This document shows, piece after piece, positions 10,810 through 24,409 of a stretch of 64,000 bases of DNA. The DNA comes from Balanoglossus misakiensis (taxonomy: Eukaryota; Animalia; Hemichordata). Each line of letters starts with the position of its first letter. Within the stretch, counting starts at the first letter, position 1. The translations under genes were made by a program, and so were the position numbers. Below the pieces are notes generated by a model. The model was not told the origin of the DNA. It was given only the letters and a program-made list of their open reading frames with translations, and searched no databases. Location: NCBI GenBank assembly GCA_040954595.2, contig JBECUI020000024.1, positions 620,001 to 684,000 of the forward strand, read 5' to 3'.

Positions 10810-13210
10810 CGCCGTTAAACCTGAAATATAGATTGAGAGTGGATATTGTTTTACACAATTTTTGACAATTGAAGTAAAGTATTAGAATGATGGAGTCCGA
10901 TAAAAAAGTGAGTTGGTGATTGCGGCATCCGACTTCGTTATTAAAAATGGAAAGATTTGCGATTTGAGATTCGGTTACCATTTGCAAGTTTGAAAGGAAA
11001 TATTTCATTGAAGCACAGTGGCAACTACTGGGTTATGGAGAATTTTTGAAATGTTGATGAACGGAGACTTATTAGAATCAATGAAAACCTACCTTTAACG
11101 GTGTTACGGTTACTAAACGTGAGAGACCGCTTGTCTCGTTCATCCGATTCTGAGCTCCTAGCTCTTGTGGAGACATGCGGAGGTACAGCGGGTTAACGGT
11201 TAGAAAGTGTTGATGAAAGAAATAAGTTTATAGGCCAATCAGGAGTTAGATTCGAATGTCCGAAAATGAGAAACCGTAGGCGAACGCAACAGACAGCAAT
11301 TTAAATTTGCATAACTAGAGGTTTGGGTGGAAAGATTTCAGAATTTAACGCACATATACAGATATTTTGTAGTGGAAATTTGAGTATATTATAAATAGTA
11401 CATGTAATAAGACTGTGAATTGATTTTATTTACTGACAATTAATTGAAGTTACCCTTTGAGTATGGGTGTTTATCGAGGGGGGGGGGGTCCAAAAAAATG
11501 TTAGAAACTGTTGAAGATGAAACCGGAAAGATGTAGCAAATTCGTTAGTTTTCCCTTTTTTGGAAATTATGCTCGAAGCGTGTGATTGGTCAATTAGTCA
11601 GAAGGGGATTGGTTGGAAATAGTCGAATATGATTGGGCAATAAGTTCGAAGCTGAAATCCCTCAGGCTGTATAAATACGGTGTTTGTGGCGTGTACTAAT
11701 GGAGTATGGCTGGGGTGTGTTGTGTCGAGCAGTGTAGTATATCATTTGTGGGGCATTGAATATTTAGAACAAAGTTCTCTATGTCGGACTTCCTAACATA
11801 TACTCGATCGTTGATAACAAAACGAGCAGATATTTTTGTGCAAATAGTGTGCGCAAAACAACAACTAAACATGAAGACAACAAGATAGTACTGCGTGCGG
11901 TGCGACTCGGTTGTAAGCGTCAAGTCAAAAACTGCAAAGACATGCAACAGGTGTAAATATAGTCGACTGAAATGCTGAAAAACCATGAATATCGATTGGC
12001 TCAAAGTGATGGGAATCGGCTCAACTTACCGGAGGGAATTGGTACATTATATAACGAGTAAACTAGAACGAAAGAAATCCCAGCGTGAACACTGGAAATT
12101 GTTCATAAATTAATATTTATACATGTATGTGTATATTGCGTAACCTTCGAAAATTCGAATATCATTAGCACTTGGCCTAAAAAGTTGTGCATTGCGAGTG
12201 GGACACTGGGCAATTATTTTTATGGGCCGCCATCGCTATGCAGTTTAGATGTAGTATTTTACTCAACTTTTACCGGCAAGTGAGTGATTTGCTTTCAGAA
12301 GGTAATGAGACGGAAATAAACTTATGCAATCAGAGTTAATTATTCGTGAGGATACAAACCTTTGTACTAGATTTATTGTAATTTTTCAGTGTATACTCCT
12401 GGCCTTCGCAGGACTTTCAATTTTTACCCGGTTTGTGTGTTTTCGGGTTACCCATGGGCACTCTCTACCTGTTTTAAAACTCTGAACAAGTCGATGTCAC
12501 GTGTATCATTTTATGTACGACGTACATCATTATAATAATGCTATAGTGAAGTTTTTAAAAAGGAAATATTTTTTTAGTGTTATTCTCTTCGTTTTTTTTA
12601 TGACTGAAATATGCTTGTGCTTGATGGAAAAACCGGATTCAACCTTAGCTTAATATATGCATTATCGTTCGCAACTGACGTCATATAATGTAGCAATTTC
12701 CCTCCGGTTAAATTGAACCAATCGGCATTCCCGTTTTTCCACCATTTCACTCGAATATCTAACTCCAGGATCCTGATTGGCCTATGTAATTAATCATTCC
12801 TTTCATCAACACTTCCTAACCGTTAACCCGCTGTACCTCCGCATGTCTCCACAAGAGCTAGGAGCTCAGAATCGGTCGGACGCAGACCAGCGGTCTGTCA
12901 GGTGTAGTAACCCTAACACCGTTAAAAGTAGGTTTTCATTTATTCTATTATAAGTCTCCGTTCATCAACATTTCAAAGATTCTCAATAATGCAGTAGTTG
13001 CCACTGTACTTCAATGAAATATTTCCTTTCAAACTTGCAAATACTACTTGAACCGAATCGCAAACCTTTCCATTTTTAATAACGAAGTCGGATGCCGAAA
13101 TTACCAACTCACTTTTTTTATCGGATTCCATCATTCTAATACTTTACTTCAATGTTCAAAAATTGTGTAAAACAATATCCACTTTCAATCTATATTTCAG
13201 GTTTAACGGC
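10810..13210. repeat. Inverted repeat arms ~10810-11260 and ~12755-13210 around a 1.5-kb spacer
   Basis: e.g. ctgagctcctagctcttgtggagacatgcggaggtacagcgggttaacgg (~11150) and its reverse complement (~12820-12870). Confidence 0.9.
11706..12113 (+). pseudogene. Decayed small ORF with CxxC..CxxC zinc ribbon
   Basis: 135 codons in one frame with 3 in-frame stops; CVRC-x12-CNRC; TATAAATA at 11670 and three GATTGG boxes upstream. Confidence 0.35.
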
Positions 13211-13238
13211 TATTTGTGCAACATTTGACAGTACTCAC

Positions 13239-13379
13239 ATCATGGACTTTTCCTACAACGCACACCCTCTTCTTCTGTGGAGATATCTCGACTTCTGATA
13301 TCATTATTTGTGGCGGATGATACAATTCTGTTACCAATTTTTCAGGTATATCCATCGCTTTACGCCCGCAAGGTATGAT
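13239..13379 (-). pseudogene. OB-fold gene linker exon (only copy in window)
   Basis: ttccag|IIPCGRKAMDIPEKLVTELYHPPQIMISEVEISPQKKRVCVVGKVHD|gtgagt; 141 nt, phase 0/0, fits between the two OB exons. Confidence 0.7.
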
Positions 13380-13807
13380 CTGGAAAAAAGTTTGGCGTAG
13401 TCTGTAAGTTGTGTGACTGAATCCGTAAAGATGGCATTTGGAGGAAAAATTTTGAGCATTTTTATCAGTAATCTAGTTTGTTTAAAATATTGGAACGCGA
13501 TCAAAAATAAATGCGACTTGTAAACGAGTGCCGCGTTTGAATCGGTATTGACGATAAACATCGGTAATCGGCGATGAAATCAACGGATTTTCAATGTACG
13601 TGATCGCATGGAGGCTGCCATATTGGATTACATCCGAAGACCTTCCGATTAGGCTTCGGTTGAATTCGGGAAAGGTCTCTAAAATGTAATGGGTCATTCA
13701 ATTTTGTAGAGTAAATTTCTAAAAATGTAGAAGATGGGAGGTTAAGATACCCAAAATGACTACGTCAAAAAAAGGCCCATAAGTTTCGGGGTGCGATTAT
13801 AACATAC

Positions 13808-14045
13808 CTTTGCTCTATCATAGAGGCAAATGGTATTATATCTTCCAGTGGAAAAGTTGCGGAGCTGTATGTATTCTCTCTTCTGTTATCTGTTCAGCTA
13901 TTTCGGATTTTCTTTCCAGAATTTAAGTTCCAGAACGTTGCCATCCTGCTGCATACAAGGCACGCTAAACAGTTTGCCGTTGGCTGAATTCCGGATCTAG
14001 ACTGTATCCTCAATGAGGCACAATTTCACTGCCACGCCTTGGCTG
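13808..14045 (-). pseudogene. OB-fold gene copy B, first exon remnant
   Basis: Direct repeat of 10538-10775 with donor gtatgt; intron 13585-13807 repeats 10305-10537. Confidence 0.75.
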
Positions 14046-14515
14046 CATGGTTGCAGATGATGGAGCTAAGGTACGTAACAATCGCACCCCGAAACGCCTG
14101 GGCCCTTTTTTGTGTGTAGTCATTGTGGGTATGTTAACCTCCCATGTCCTACATTTTTAGAAATTTAGTATACAAAATTGGATGACCGATTATGTTTTAG
14201 AGACCTTTCCCGAATCCACCTGAAGCCCAGTCGGAATGTCTTGGGATGTAACCTAAATTCAATATGGCCGCCTCCATGCGTTCACTTGCATTAAAAAAAA
14301 AACGTTGATTTTATCTCCGAGTGGCGGTGTTTATCGTCAGTACCAATTGAAACGCGGCACTCGCTTACAGGTCGCGAGCGCGTTCTAATATTCTAGAAAG
14401 AAAAAAATGATAGTTTCGAGTACAGATTACATGTATTTTAAAACGAGGTTTGGTCACAATGGTATCACTACTAAATGACTTACAATCGATGTTTTTAATT
14501 GTCTTTGCACCACAG

Positions 14516-14934
14516 TATGAATCCTGTGATGGTAAATCGCATTCAACTTAGAAGGCGTGGAGTAAGTGCAACTGATGGTAACTGGGATACCAAACTGAAA
14601 CTTTTGGGAGAGAAAACCTTGCCATGCATGGACGTGGGTGGCACAGTTAAACTTGGGTTAAATACTACAGCGACAACTGAAGTCCCGGTGAGATATTATA
14701 AAATACTCTTACATCATAAAATTGAAATCCTACATGTCAATAATTTCATATTTTCACTAATGTTTAGCAAAAAACAACTGCTCTCAACAAACCTTACCCC
14801 TCCCCCTCTTGTATTGTCAGTGCTTTGTAATCTATCAGTAACAATCCATTTTTTTCTCTCAAGGTGTTAAAAGAACCTATAGCTACTGGTGATGACATGA
14901 TACCGTCCATGGGGTGTTGGAGGTAATACACTTT
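14516..14934 (+). pseudogene. OB-fold gene copy B, second-OB exon (14516-14687) and following exon (14864-14934)
   Basis: cag|YESCDGKSHST..TDGNWDTKLKLLGEKT..LNTTATTEVP|gtgaga (frameshifted, internally deleted); aag|VLKEP..GDDM..GVLEVIHF|gtaagt. Confidence 0.7.
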
Positions 14935-17594
14935 GTAAGTATTAACCAGTCAGGACGAAAGTGGGGTAATTACGGCGGTGAGATCAAAGAGATCTATTTG
15001 AATGTGAAAGTCGCTGAGTGGCAGTTACGGCCAGTTCGAAAAATTTTCAAACGGAGATTTTCGGTACTACAAGTGATCGTAGTGCACCCATTTTTCTAAG
15101 ACGTGTATGAAACACCATAGTCAATGATAGGATGATTTTTCGTGAAGTTTTAACGACGCTTTCCCGAGAAAGACAGTTTCGGTATGTTGGTTTAAATTGT
15201 GGTCCTTGACTCTCGGCAAAGATTTCTTGTCTTGAAAAAAATTGGGTAGGTTAGGAAGATATTGAACTAAGTTACCGTGAAATTATAATAGTGTGAGCCG
15301 CTCCGTTGTGGAGTAATGACGGTGTAAAAATTGCCTTCGCCATCGACGAGTACAGCCGTGTTTGCCATATGTGTATGCATTGAAGTAGGTCAACGCATGT
15401 TAACCCATGACGTAATGGCTTCCTTTCTAACGCGTCGTTATCTCTCATTAGCATATTACATAAGGAGTCTATACACTATTCATGCTGACTGACTTCTCAG
15501 GACTGACCTATGGCACAGTAAATTGTGGTCCTTGACTCTCGGCATGGATATATTCATGTCAAAATTATGAATAGAGGAGTTTAATAATGTTTCTAAAACC
15601 TGAGGGGGTTAATTTTTGTGTGGGTATGGCTGATATTTTTTTTTTTGTAACTTCAAGGTCACTTTGAATTTCGAGATCACAATTTTGTCAGTGGAAGTAA
15701 AGAAATTCTTCTCGATAAAACTTCATGAAAAATCACATGTAGTACACTCATAGTACCAGTAATGTGCCTGGGGTGAAATAATTGTCAGAAATGGGTTGCT
15801 AGTTGCTTAACTTTCGTTGTGAAAAAAGTTGAAAAACTGTATGCAAATGAGCAATTCAAACGTTACTGGCCAGTTCAAGTGTTTGCATTGCATGATCCCC
15901 TGCTGTTTAATTATCCCACTTACGTCCTGACTGTAACTGCAGTAGTTGCTTACATCAGACTCCCACTATATGCATGCAAGTTGTGGATGGATTTGCAGAG
16001 AGAGAGGCTAGTACACGGCACTCATGTGGACCTGCACTACCACATTTCTATTCAACATCAGGTCTCTGAGTAAAAAGATGGCCATGTAAATTTTCTCTAA
16101 GTTTGTTAGAGAAATAAAGTACAACTTTAGTGTTTCACTAATTGAGTTTCCGTGTTCTTGTATTGTCTCGTTTGCCCCATGCCAACCTCAAAGTAAACGT
16201 CAAATTTGCCATTTTTGACTTATTTGTCCTTGTAGTGGGCCACATAGCATTTTAGTGCAACTTATGAAAATCTGAAGAACCAAATGCCTAATTTACCCAC
16301 TCTGCACAGATTTATTTCAATGGTACAGACTTGATGATCAGTATAGCGCCCTTTGTGGTAGTATTGGGGGGGGGGGGGTTAACCTAGCCTTTGTATGTTT
16401 ATCCCTGTCCGGTTCCATTCCACTTGTATCTATGGTAACCTAATTATCAGCAGTAAAGGCCACAGCTTTGAAACAGTTTTAATATCAAGCACTCTGAATT
16501 ACACGGCCATTCTCATTGGTGCATATAGTGTAGTCACGTTGTATTTTACTGCAACTGGTGAAAGTCTCCTAAAAAACCAAATGTGTCTTTACCCACTGTG
16601 CACAGAGTATTTGAAGGATACTCAGTTGATGGTCATATAGTATAGCGCCCTCTGTGGTAGTATTTTGATTATGGAGGTGGGGTTAAATCTTGTCTTTGCA
16701 TATGTTTATCCCTGTCATGTTGCATTGGGCTTGTATCTATGGTAACCTAATTATCAGCAGTAAAGGCCACAACTATGAAACAGTTTTAATATCAAGCACT
16801 CTCTGAATTACATGGCCATTCTCATTGGTGTATATAGTGTAGTCACGTTGTATTTTACTACAACTGATGAAAGTCTCCTAAACAACCAAATGTGTCTTTA
16901 CCCACTGTGCACAGAGTATTTGAATGATACTCAGTTGATGGTCATATAGTATAGCGCCCTCTGTGGTAGTATTTTGATTATGGAGGTGGGGTTTAATCTT
17001 GTCTTTGCATATGTTTATCCCTGTCATGTTGCATTGGGCTTGTATCTATGGTAACCTAATTATCAGCAGTAAAGGCCACAACTATGATACAGTTTTAATA
17101 TCAAGCACTCTCTGAATTACATGGCCATTCTCATTGGTGTATATAGTGTAGTCATGTTGTATTTTACTGCAACTGATGAAAGTCTCCTAAAAAAACAAAT
17201 AAGTCTTTACCCACTGTGCACAGAGTATTTGAATGATACTCAGTTGATGGTCATATAGTATAGCACCCTCTGTGGTAGTATTTTGATTATGGAGGTGGGG
17301 TTTAATCTTGTCTTTGCATATGTTTATCCCTGTCATGTTCGATTGGGCTTGTATCTATGGTAACCTAATTATCAGCAGTAAAGGCCACAACTATGAAACA
17401 GTTTTAATATCAAGCACTCTCTGAATTACATGGCGATTCTCATTGGTGTATATAGTGTAGTCACGTTGTATTTTACTACAACTGATGAAAGTCTCCTAAA
17501 AAACCAAATGTGTGTTTACCCACTGTGCACAGAGTATTTGAATGATACTCAGTTGATGGTCATATAGTATAGCACTCTCTGTGGTAGTATTTTG

Positions 17595-18985
17595 GTCTCT
17601 CAGATACTGTTCTCATGTGGTTTAAGTCATACCTTTCCAATCGTAGTCAGTGTGTACTTGTAAATTCCACCCAATCACCTTTCTATCGGCTCGACACTGG
17701 GGTACCACAGGGATCAGTTCTTGGTCCCATACTTTTCAATATGTACCCGTCTCCATTTGGTGAATTAGTTCAAAGTCATGGTTGTCTTTATAGTTTTTAT
17801 GCAGATGACTCTTCACTTTATATGTCTTTTAGTAAAGACAACGCAGCAAGAACTGTTTCAAATCTTGAACTTTGTATATCCGATGTTAGGTTTTGGATGT
17901 CTGAAAACTTCTTGTGCTGATACGATGATAAGACTGAATTTGTTATTTTCTTTGGTATTTCAGGTGATCTGTCTGCTAGAGGGATTTCAGAAATTCGTGT
18001 TGGCGATTCTCTGATTCCTGTCCATTGTCAGGCTAAGAGCCTTGGTGTGATCCTTGACTCTTGTCTGACAATGAAGCCACATATTGGACAGATCTGCCGC
18101 TCTGCCACTTTTCATTTACGTCGCATTGCGCTTATCCGCAAATATTTATCTCATTCTGCTACAGAGCAATTAGTTCATGCATTCATTACTTCTCGAATTG
18201 ATTCATGTAATTCACTTTTATTTGGGCTCCCGAAGTATTCAATCAACCGTATCCAACGCGTTCAGAATATTGCTGCTAGAATTGTTACTCATTCAAAAAT
18301 CACCTGTCACATCACTCCAATTTTGTATCAGTTGCACTGGCTACCTGTTACACAGCGTATTGTTTTTAAGATGTTAGTTCTCATTTTTAAATCCATTCAT
18401 AAACTTGGTCCAACGCCATTCCATTAGTGTTGCTGGAGTGCGTTCGGTAGCACGCCCTCACTCGTAGTTACTAGTTTATACTTTTGTTCCTTTTGCGCAT
18501 GCTCGGTCCTCTCTCTCCCCGCTGGACCGCCATTGCTCTATGTATGTTTATATATCGATCGACGAAGTGTATCGATTAAACTGGTTATTGTTCTCAACTT
18601 CCAAGTGTCTGGTTGTGATTCCGACTCATCGATAATTGGGCTTGCATCCCCACTGGCGCAATCTATCTTTCTAGCATGACTAATCTATATGTTCCGTGTC
18701 GCAATTTAAGGTCAGCTGATCAGTTCAAACTCTGCCTTGTTCGATCACGCACCAAGAGTTATGGTGATCGTGCTTTTACTGTTGCTGCTCCAATTCTTTG
18801 GAATAATCTTCCACTTACCATTCGCCAGGCACCAGACTTATCTGTTTTTAAATCAAATGTTAAAACTTTACTTTTTAAATCTGTTTTTTAGCCATTTGTT
18901 GTATTGTACTTTTGCTTTAAGCGTCATTGATCACATTTTTGTGGATACTGACACTATACAAATAAATTATTATTATTATTATTAT
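17595..18985 (+). mobile_element. 5'-truncated LINE (L2/CR1-type RT 3' end)
   Basis: GVPQGSVLGPILF, FYADD, LHWLPVTQRIVFK, YGDRAFTVAAPILWNNLP; AATAAA plus (TAT)n tail; TATTTTG duplicated at 17588 and 18986. Confidence 0.93.
18414..18658. mobile_element. 245-bp unclassified insertion inside the LINE
   Basis: Splits HKLGP|IYLSS; CAA duplicated at 18411-18413 and 18659-18661; termini CGCCA...TGGCG. Confidence 0.8.
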
Positions 18986-19877
18986 TATTTTGATTACAGA
19001 GGTGGGGTTTAATCTTGCCTTTGCATATGTTTATCCCTGTCCTGTTGCATTGGGCTTGTATCTATGGTAACCTATTATCGGCAGTAAAGGCCACAACTAT
19101 GGAACAGTTTTAATATCAAGCACTCTCTGAATTACACGGCCATTCTCATTGGTGTATATAGTGTAGTCACGTTGTATTTTACTGCAACTGATGAAAGTCT
19201 CCTAAAAAAACAAATGTGTCTTTACCCACTGTGCACAGAGTATTTGAATGATACTCAGTTGATGGTCATATAGTATAGCGCCCTCTGCGGTAGTATTTTG
19301 ATTATGGAGGTGGGGTTTAATCTTGTCTTTGCATATGTTTATCCCTGTCCTGTTGCATTGGGCTTGTATCTATGGTAAACTAATTATCAGCAGTAAAGGC
19401 CACAACTATGATACAGTTTTAATATCAAGCACTCTCTGAATTACATGGCCATTCTCATTGGTGTATATAGTGTAGTCATGTTGTATTTTACTGCAACTGA
19501 TGAAAGTCTCCTAAAAAAACAAATGTGTATTTACCCACTGTGCACAAAGTATTTGAATGATACTCAGTTGATGGTCATATAGTATAGCACCCTCTGTGGT
19601 AGTATTTGGATGATAGGGGAAGGGGTAACCTACCTTTTCTATACATGTATATGGTTATCCCTCTTCTATTGCATTCCGCTTGTATCTATGGAAACCTAAT
19701 TATCAGCAGTGAATGCCAAATTGTAAAACAGCAACATATTTATTATCAAACACTGTATGGAATTGAATATACACAATATGTTTTGTGTGTTTGCTGGCTA
19801 CATACATGCATAAATACGTACATACATATATTACACTCATACTCAAACACACAGCTAATGGACTCTTTTTTTCATCA

Positions 19878-19948
19878 TCCCCACCAGGAATCGAACCTGG
19901 ATCTCTTATCACAAAGTGACAAGTGTGTTAACCATTACACCATGAGGA
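19878..19948 (-). ncRNA. tRNA-like Pol III unit, non-canonical cloverleaf
   Basis: A box TGGTGTAATGG, B box GGTTCGATTCC; D stem GTGT/ACAC, T stem CCAGG/CCTGG, acceptor TCCTCA/TGGGGA. Confidence 0.65.
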
Positions 19949-22396
19949 TTTTTTATCTCCACTAACTGCCAACACACTGTCCAATTGCACATTCACTCAC
20001 TGACATATTCAACTAACACACCAGTTTCTTTATTTCAAAAAGTACACAGTAAAACATCACAAATGACAAGACAGGGGTATCAGGAATCACACAAATCATA
20101 CTCAATGTTTTACTGAAGCCATTGCTGTAAGATTGCTGTAAGTAATGGCACTATTCAATGGTGTTAACACCACATAGCACAATGATGTACTGCACACATT
20201 CAAGTCACATACCTTTTTGAAGTATTAATAAACACTGATTCTATGAACTGTTAAAATTATTTTTTCTTACATCATCCCTGAATACCAAATTTCAAACAAA
20301 TTAGGCTAGTGCTTTCACATGTTAACACACAATGCATGGCACTGGACAATCATCCTATCCGATCTGAAACCTCAGTGTCACTTACCACAAAACTAAACAC
20401 GTCATCTACAAATGATTTACGAAACTAATTCGTACACGACACAATACACATTTGAGTGTGTTGATCTCTTAGTTTGTACATGATACTTTGCACTGATGTA
20501 CACCAACACTCACCTTGAGAACTCTTTGGTAGCCAAAACTGTCAAGAAAATAAACAAAACTTTTAAATTAAATCATTAAGTATAATTGTGTATTTAAACA
20601 AGTACATCAAGATATACACTTGCCTGCATAACACACACCTCTCAATAGCCATAATGTATCAATGTCGAGATGACATCACTCCAAGTACAAGATAGCGAAT
20701 GATGATTTTTTTACAATAACCCCACTACTTAAACAGGACAACAAATTACAATGAATTCACTATCAACCTTGTGATATTCAGAAAATCAATTCTTGGTCAC
20801 ATAAATTGTCCTGTCCACAAAATGGTTTCATGGCATCAAAATATGTTAACAAGTCAACTCTACTTTTCATGCTCCAACCAGATTTCATTGTCTATGTTTT
20901 TAACATGCCTGTCACGACTAGAAAGCATACACACTAAACAGAGTGGTCACCAGCATAATTTGGCCAATTCTATGCTTGTCCTCACATTCTTACGAACAAT
21001 TCAAATGTCAAATTATCTAGCAATGTTTCTGTTATGTACTCACACAGATTGTTCCATATTTGAAGCAAATAATTATCATAAACAAATTGATTACCCTGAT
21101 ATAAATTCCAATGAAAACCTTAAGGCTTTTGGTCATGTAAACATACAATATTAACAGAAAAAATAATGGAAAATACAATCCATTTTTACTACTGTTTATT
21201 TTTTGACAAATACATATAAGAGACATGGAAACTATTGAAGTACACATCCCAAAATAATATCCTACCACTGCTTGTACGTTTCATACACACGATACAAGAC
21301 CGATCGCCCGAATTCAGCAGATTCACTTGCCTAAAACCGTTTCTAAATAATCATATGTACCTGTATACACTCCAAAAATAAGCTTAATTTCAACTTGTAT
21401 GGAATGAAATAGAAACTCCGATGTACCCAGCCTCTGATGTTTCTATTCCTTCAAGCAAACTTCACCATCTTAACATATATACAATTTGCCAAAACATGCA
21501 TACAAACGAAACCCTTTCAGTATATAACGACAACCGCCATATTGGATGTCGCTCGACACGAAAATAAAAAAAGCCTGACAAAACTGCCATCGCCTCATAC
21601 ACAATTAAAATCACACTACCATTAGATAAAACACAACTACATAACCAATACCATCAACTCTTACACGTTCAAACCACCGATTCTGTCATTTATACTCATT
21701 AAAAATAACCACGAGAATATACACATATCCCACTAACCTATATTCAGCTGCTGAACAACAAGAGCACTTGATTCGTTTTCGGATGTGACTACGTGCAACA
21801 ACATACGCATCACCATCACATTCGCGTTGGGATTCAAGACAGTTTCAATATCTCAAGAAGCAATACAACGAGAAGACCTTCTCGGGATTTTATGCACATC
21901 CTGTTGGATATCGCTGCCAAATGTCCACAGATGATAAAACATGATACCAGAATGTTGTATTGGGGACAACCATCAAATGTTCCCGTGCCAGCGCCCTCTA
22001 TATTCTAGAAACCCTGGTATATCTCAAGAAACATTACCATTTTTAATTATTTTTAAAAGCAAAAGTAAGTTGTCATTTTATTTGTACAATTATTTCTCTA
22101 TATTAAACAAGTATACATAAACACTAAACATGTTTTGCCATGTTAACATAAATTTATGACCATTTTAAAATACTATATAGCTTATATTTATTAAAGTACA
22201 AATTCAGATGTTTTTCATTTTTAACCATTTCCACAATCAAAATGAAAAAAAAAATCGCATTAATAGTAGATTGGGTTATATTGGATATCATTATGTAAAA
22301 CTGAAGAGTCACTATGGCATGGAAACTACTGAGATATGTGGTAGAAAACCAAAATGCCCAACAAATATACACAGTGTGTGTTGTGTGTTAGATAGG

Positions 22397-22673
22397 TACA
22401 TACATACATACATACATACATACATACATACATACATACATACATACATACATACATACATACATACATACATACATACATACATACATACATACATACA
22501 TACATGCATGCATGCATGCATGCATGCATGCATGCATGCATGCATGCATGCATGCATGCATGCATGCATGCATGCATGCATACATACATACATACATACA
22601 TACATACATACATACATACATACATACATACATACATACATACATACATACATACATACATACATACATACAT
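22397..22673. repeat. Compound microsatellite (CATA)n(CATG)n(CATA)n
   Basis: Directly visible. Confidence 0.97.
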
Positions 22674-23899
22674 GCGCCCTGTATTGACCAAATACCGTCG
22701 TGCAAGCTCATGTACAAGCTATTTCTTTATGCCTGAACAAAAATTGACCAAATTCTACTGTTTATTATGATTCATTCTTCGAAACAATTCATCTTCTTGC
22801 CATATTTTATTTGTTCATATAACACATTTTGAAGAAAAGTTGTACAAAGACTACAATATACTAATGGGCTATATTCTCAAAACAGATATATTACCACAAA
22901 TACTACTAGGGATTGTGTAGTGGTTTCTTTCTCACTATAAGACATATGATATCTGATATCAACCATACAAACAATATCAATAACAAAAAGCATAAAACAC
23001 CAATTTATTTTATATAGCCTTATATTAATTTATTTCAATTGTGAAAATAGACACACATACAAAAAAAGAACAGAAAAACAATCACAGTATCTGGTTTATG
23101 AAATAAAAAAGACCAAACAAGCAATTGCTTCCGAAATAACATATTCCACATTCTGTCACAAATTGAGCAAATTCCAGTAAAATCAACCCCAAGGACCTAC
23201 ACACTAAATTTCAAAGTAATTGTACAAAGAATTTAACTAAACACAACTAAAATTGATCAAAAATTACACATTTCACCACAATTTACATAAACTCTACCAA
23301 CTTCACCCTAGGAACCTGCATACTAAATTTCAAAGTAATTGGCCCCGTGGTTTCAGTAAAGAAAAGTGACAGACAGTGACACCACTCACCCAATAAGACA
23401 ATCACCCAATCTAATAAGCTCAACATAACTGACAACACAGCTAAACAGTTCACCGACAATATAAATACAATTGTGTACATTTCACAAATGACAATATTAG
23501 CCTTTTAGTCACCTCTGACTCTAATGTAAAGTACATTATGGTAACTGTTAATTGAAATGTTTCTGGGAAATGTTTACTAAGGCTATTTAATATCTTCTAG
23601 TTTTTTTTTATAACACATGGTTTCTCTTGCAATTCCTCTTTCAGTAAACAGGATAAACTTTCTACACCATTACACTTATATGCTACTGCCAAATGGAAGT
23701 AATCTAATCCTGTAGTAGCTATAAAGCAGCATTGTCAGGGCCCAAGCAACATGATGAAAAAAGGTGAAAGCACAAGTTATAGTTACTCAAACTTTTACCA
23801 GAAAATTTTGATAGATCATATTGGTTCACGTCCAAGCAAATCGGACTTCTAACCATATTGGTTAGCTTACAATTTGATAAGTATATAAATTAAAGGGAC

Positions 23900-24190
23900 C
23901 CTTTTCCATTAATTATGTTTGATGCAAGACACCATTTATGTTAATGTACATGTGGATATATAGTGAATCAACATTCAACAACACACACTGCTTGTAGACA
24001 CGAGAGTGAAAAATCTTGCCAAAATGAATAATTGGTCTTTACCATTTATTCATTTTGGGCGAGTTTTTACTGTCATATCCTACAAACGGGATGGAAGCTG
24101 TGTGTGGTCGAACGTTGATTCACTATATATCCACATTAACAGTCTCTTGTATCACACATAATTATTAAAAAAGGGCAGCAAAGAGACTTT
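23900..24190. mobile_element. Palindromic MITE; partial copies at ~35400-35555 and ~37705-37830
   Basis: atgtggatatatagtgaatcaac ... gttgattcactatatatccacat arms; the same left arm occurs in two introns. Confidence 0.7.
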
Positions 24191-24409
24191 CTGCCTTTAA
24201 TAAGCTAATAAAAGTGTTAGACTGCATTGGCTGCTCTATAATACCATATAGCAATGCAGTAACTCCTGTGGATGCCAATTTCTGACTCTCTGTTATTTCT
24301 CACATGCATTTGTGAATTTTTATTGAAATAAAAAAACTGGTGTGTTGAATATGTCAGTGAGTGAATGTGCAATTGGACAGTGTGTTGGCAGTTAGTGGAG
24401 ATAAAACAA

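Larger units (their letters stand above)
16341..19720. repeat. 309-bp tandem array, ~7 units, interrupted by a LINE
   Basis: gtatagcgccctctgtggtag or a near-identical variant recurs at 16640, 16949, 17258, 17567, 19273 and 19582 (309-bp period); diverged first unit at 16341. Confidence 0.95.

Noticed and set aside
19878-19948. Functional tRNA gene (Lys/His/Asp)
   Set aside because: 6-bp acceptor, no U33 and an over-paired anticodon arm; kept only as tRNA-like
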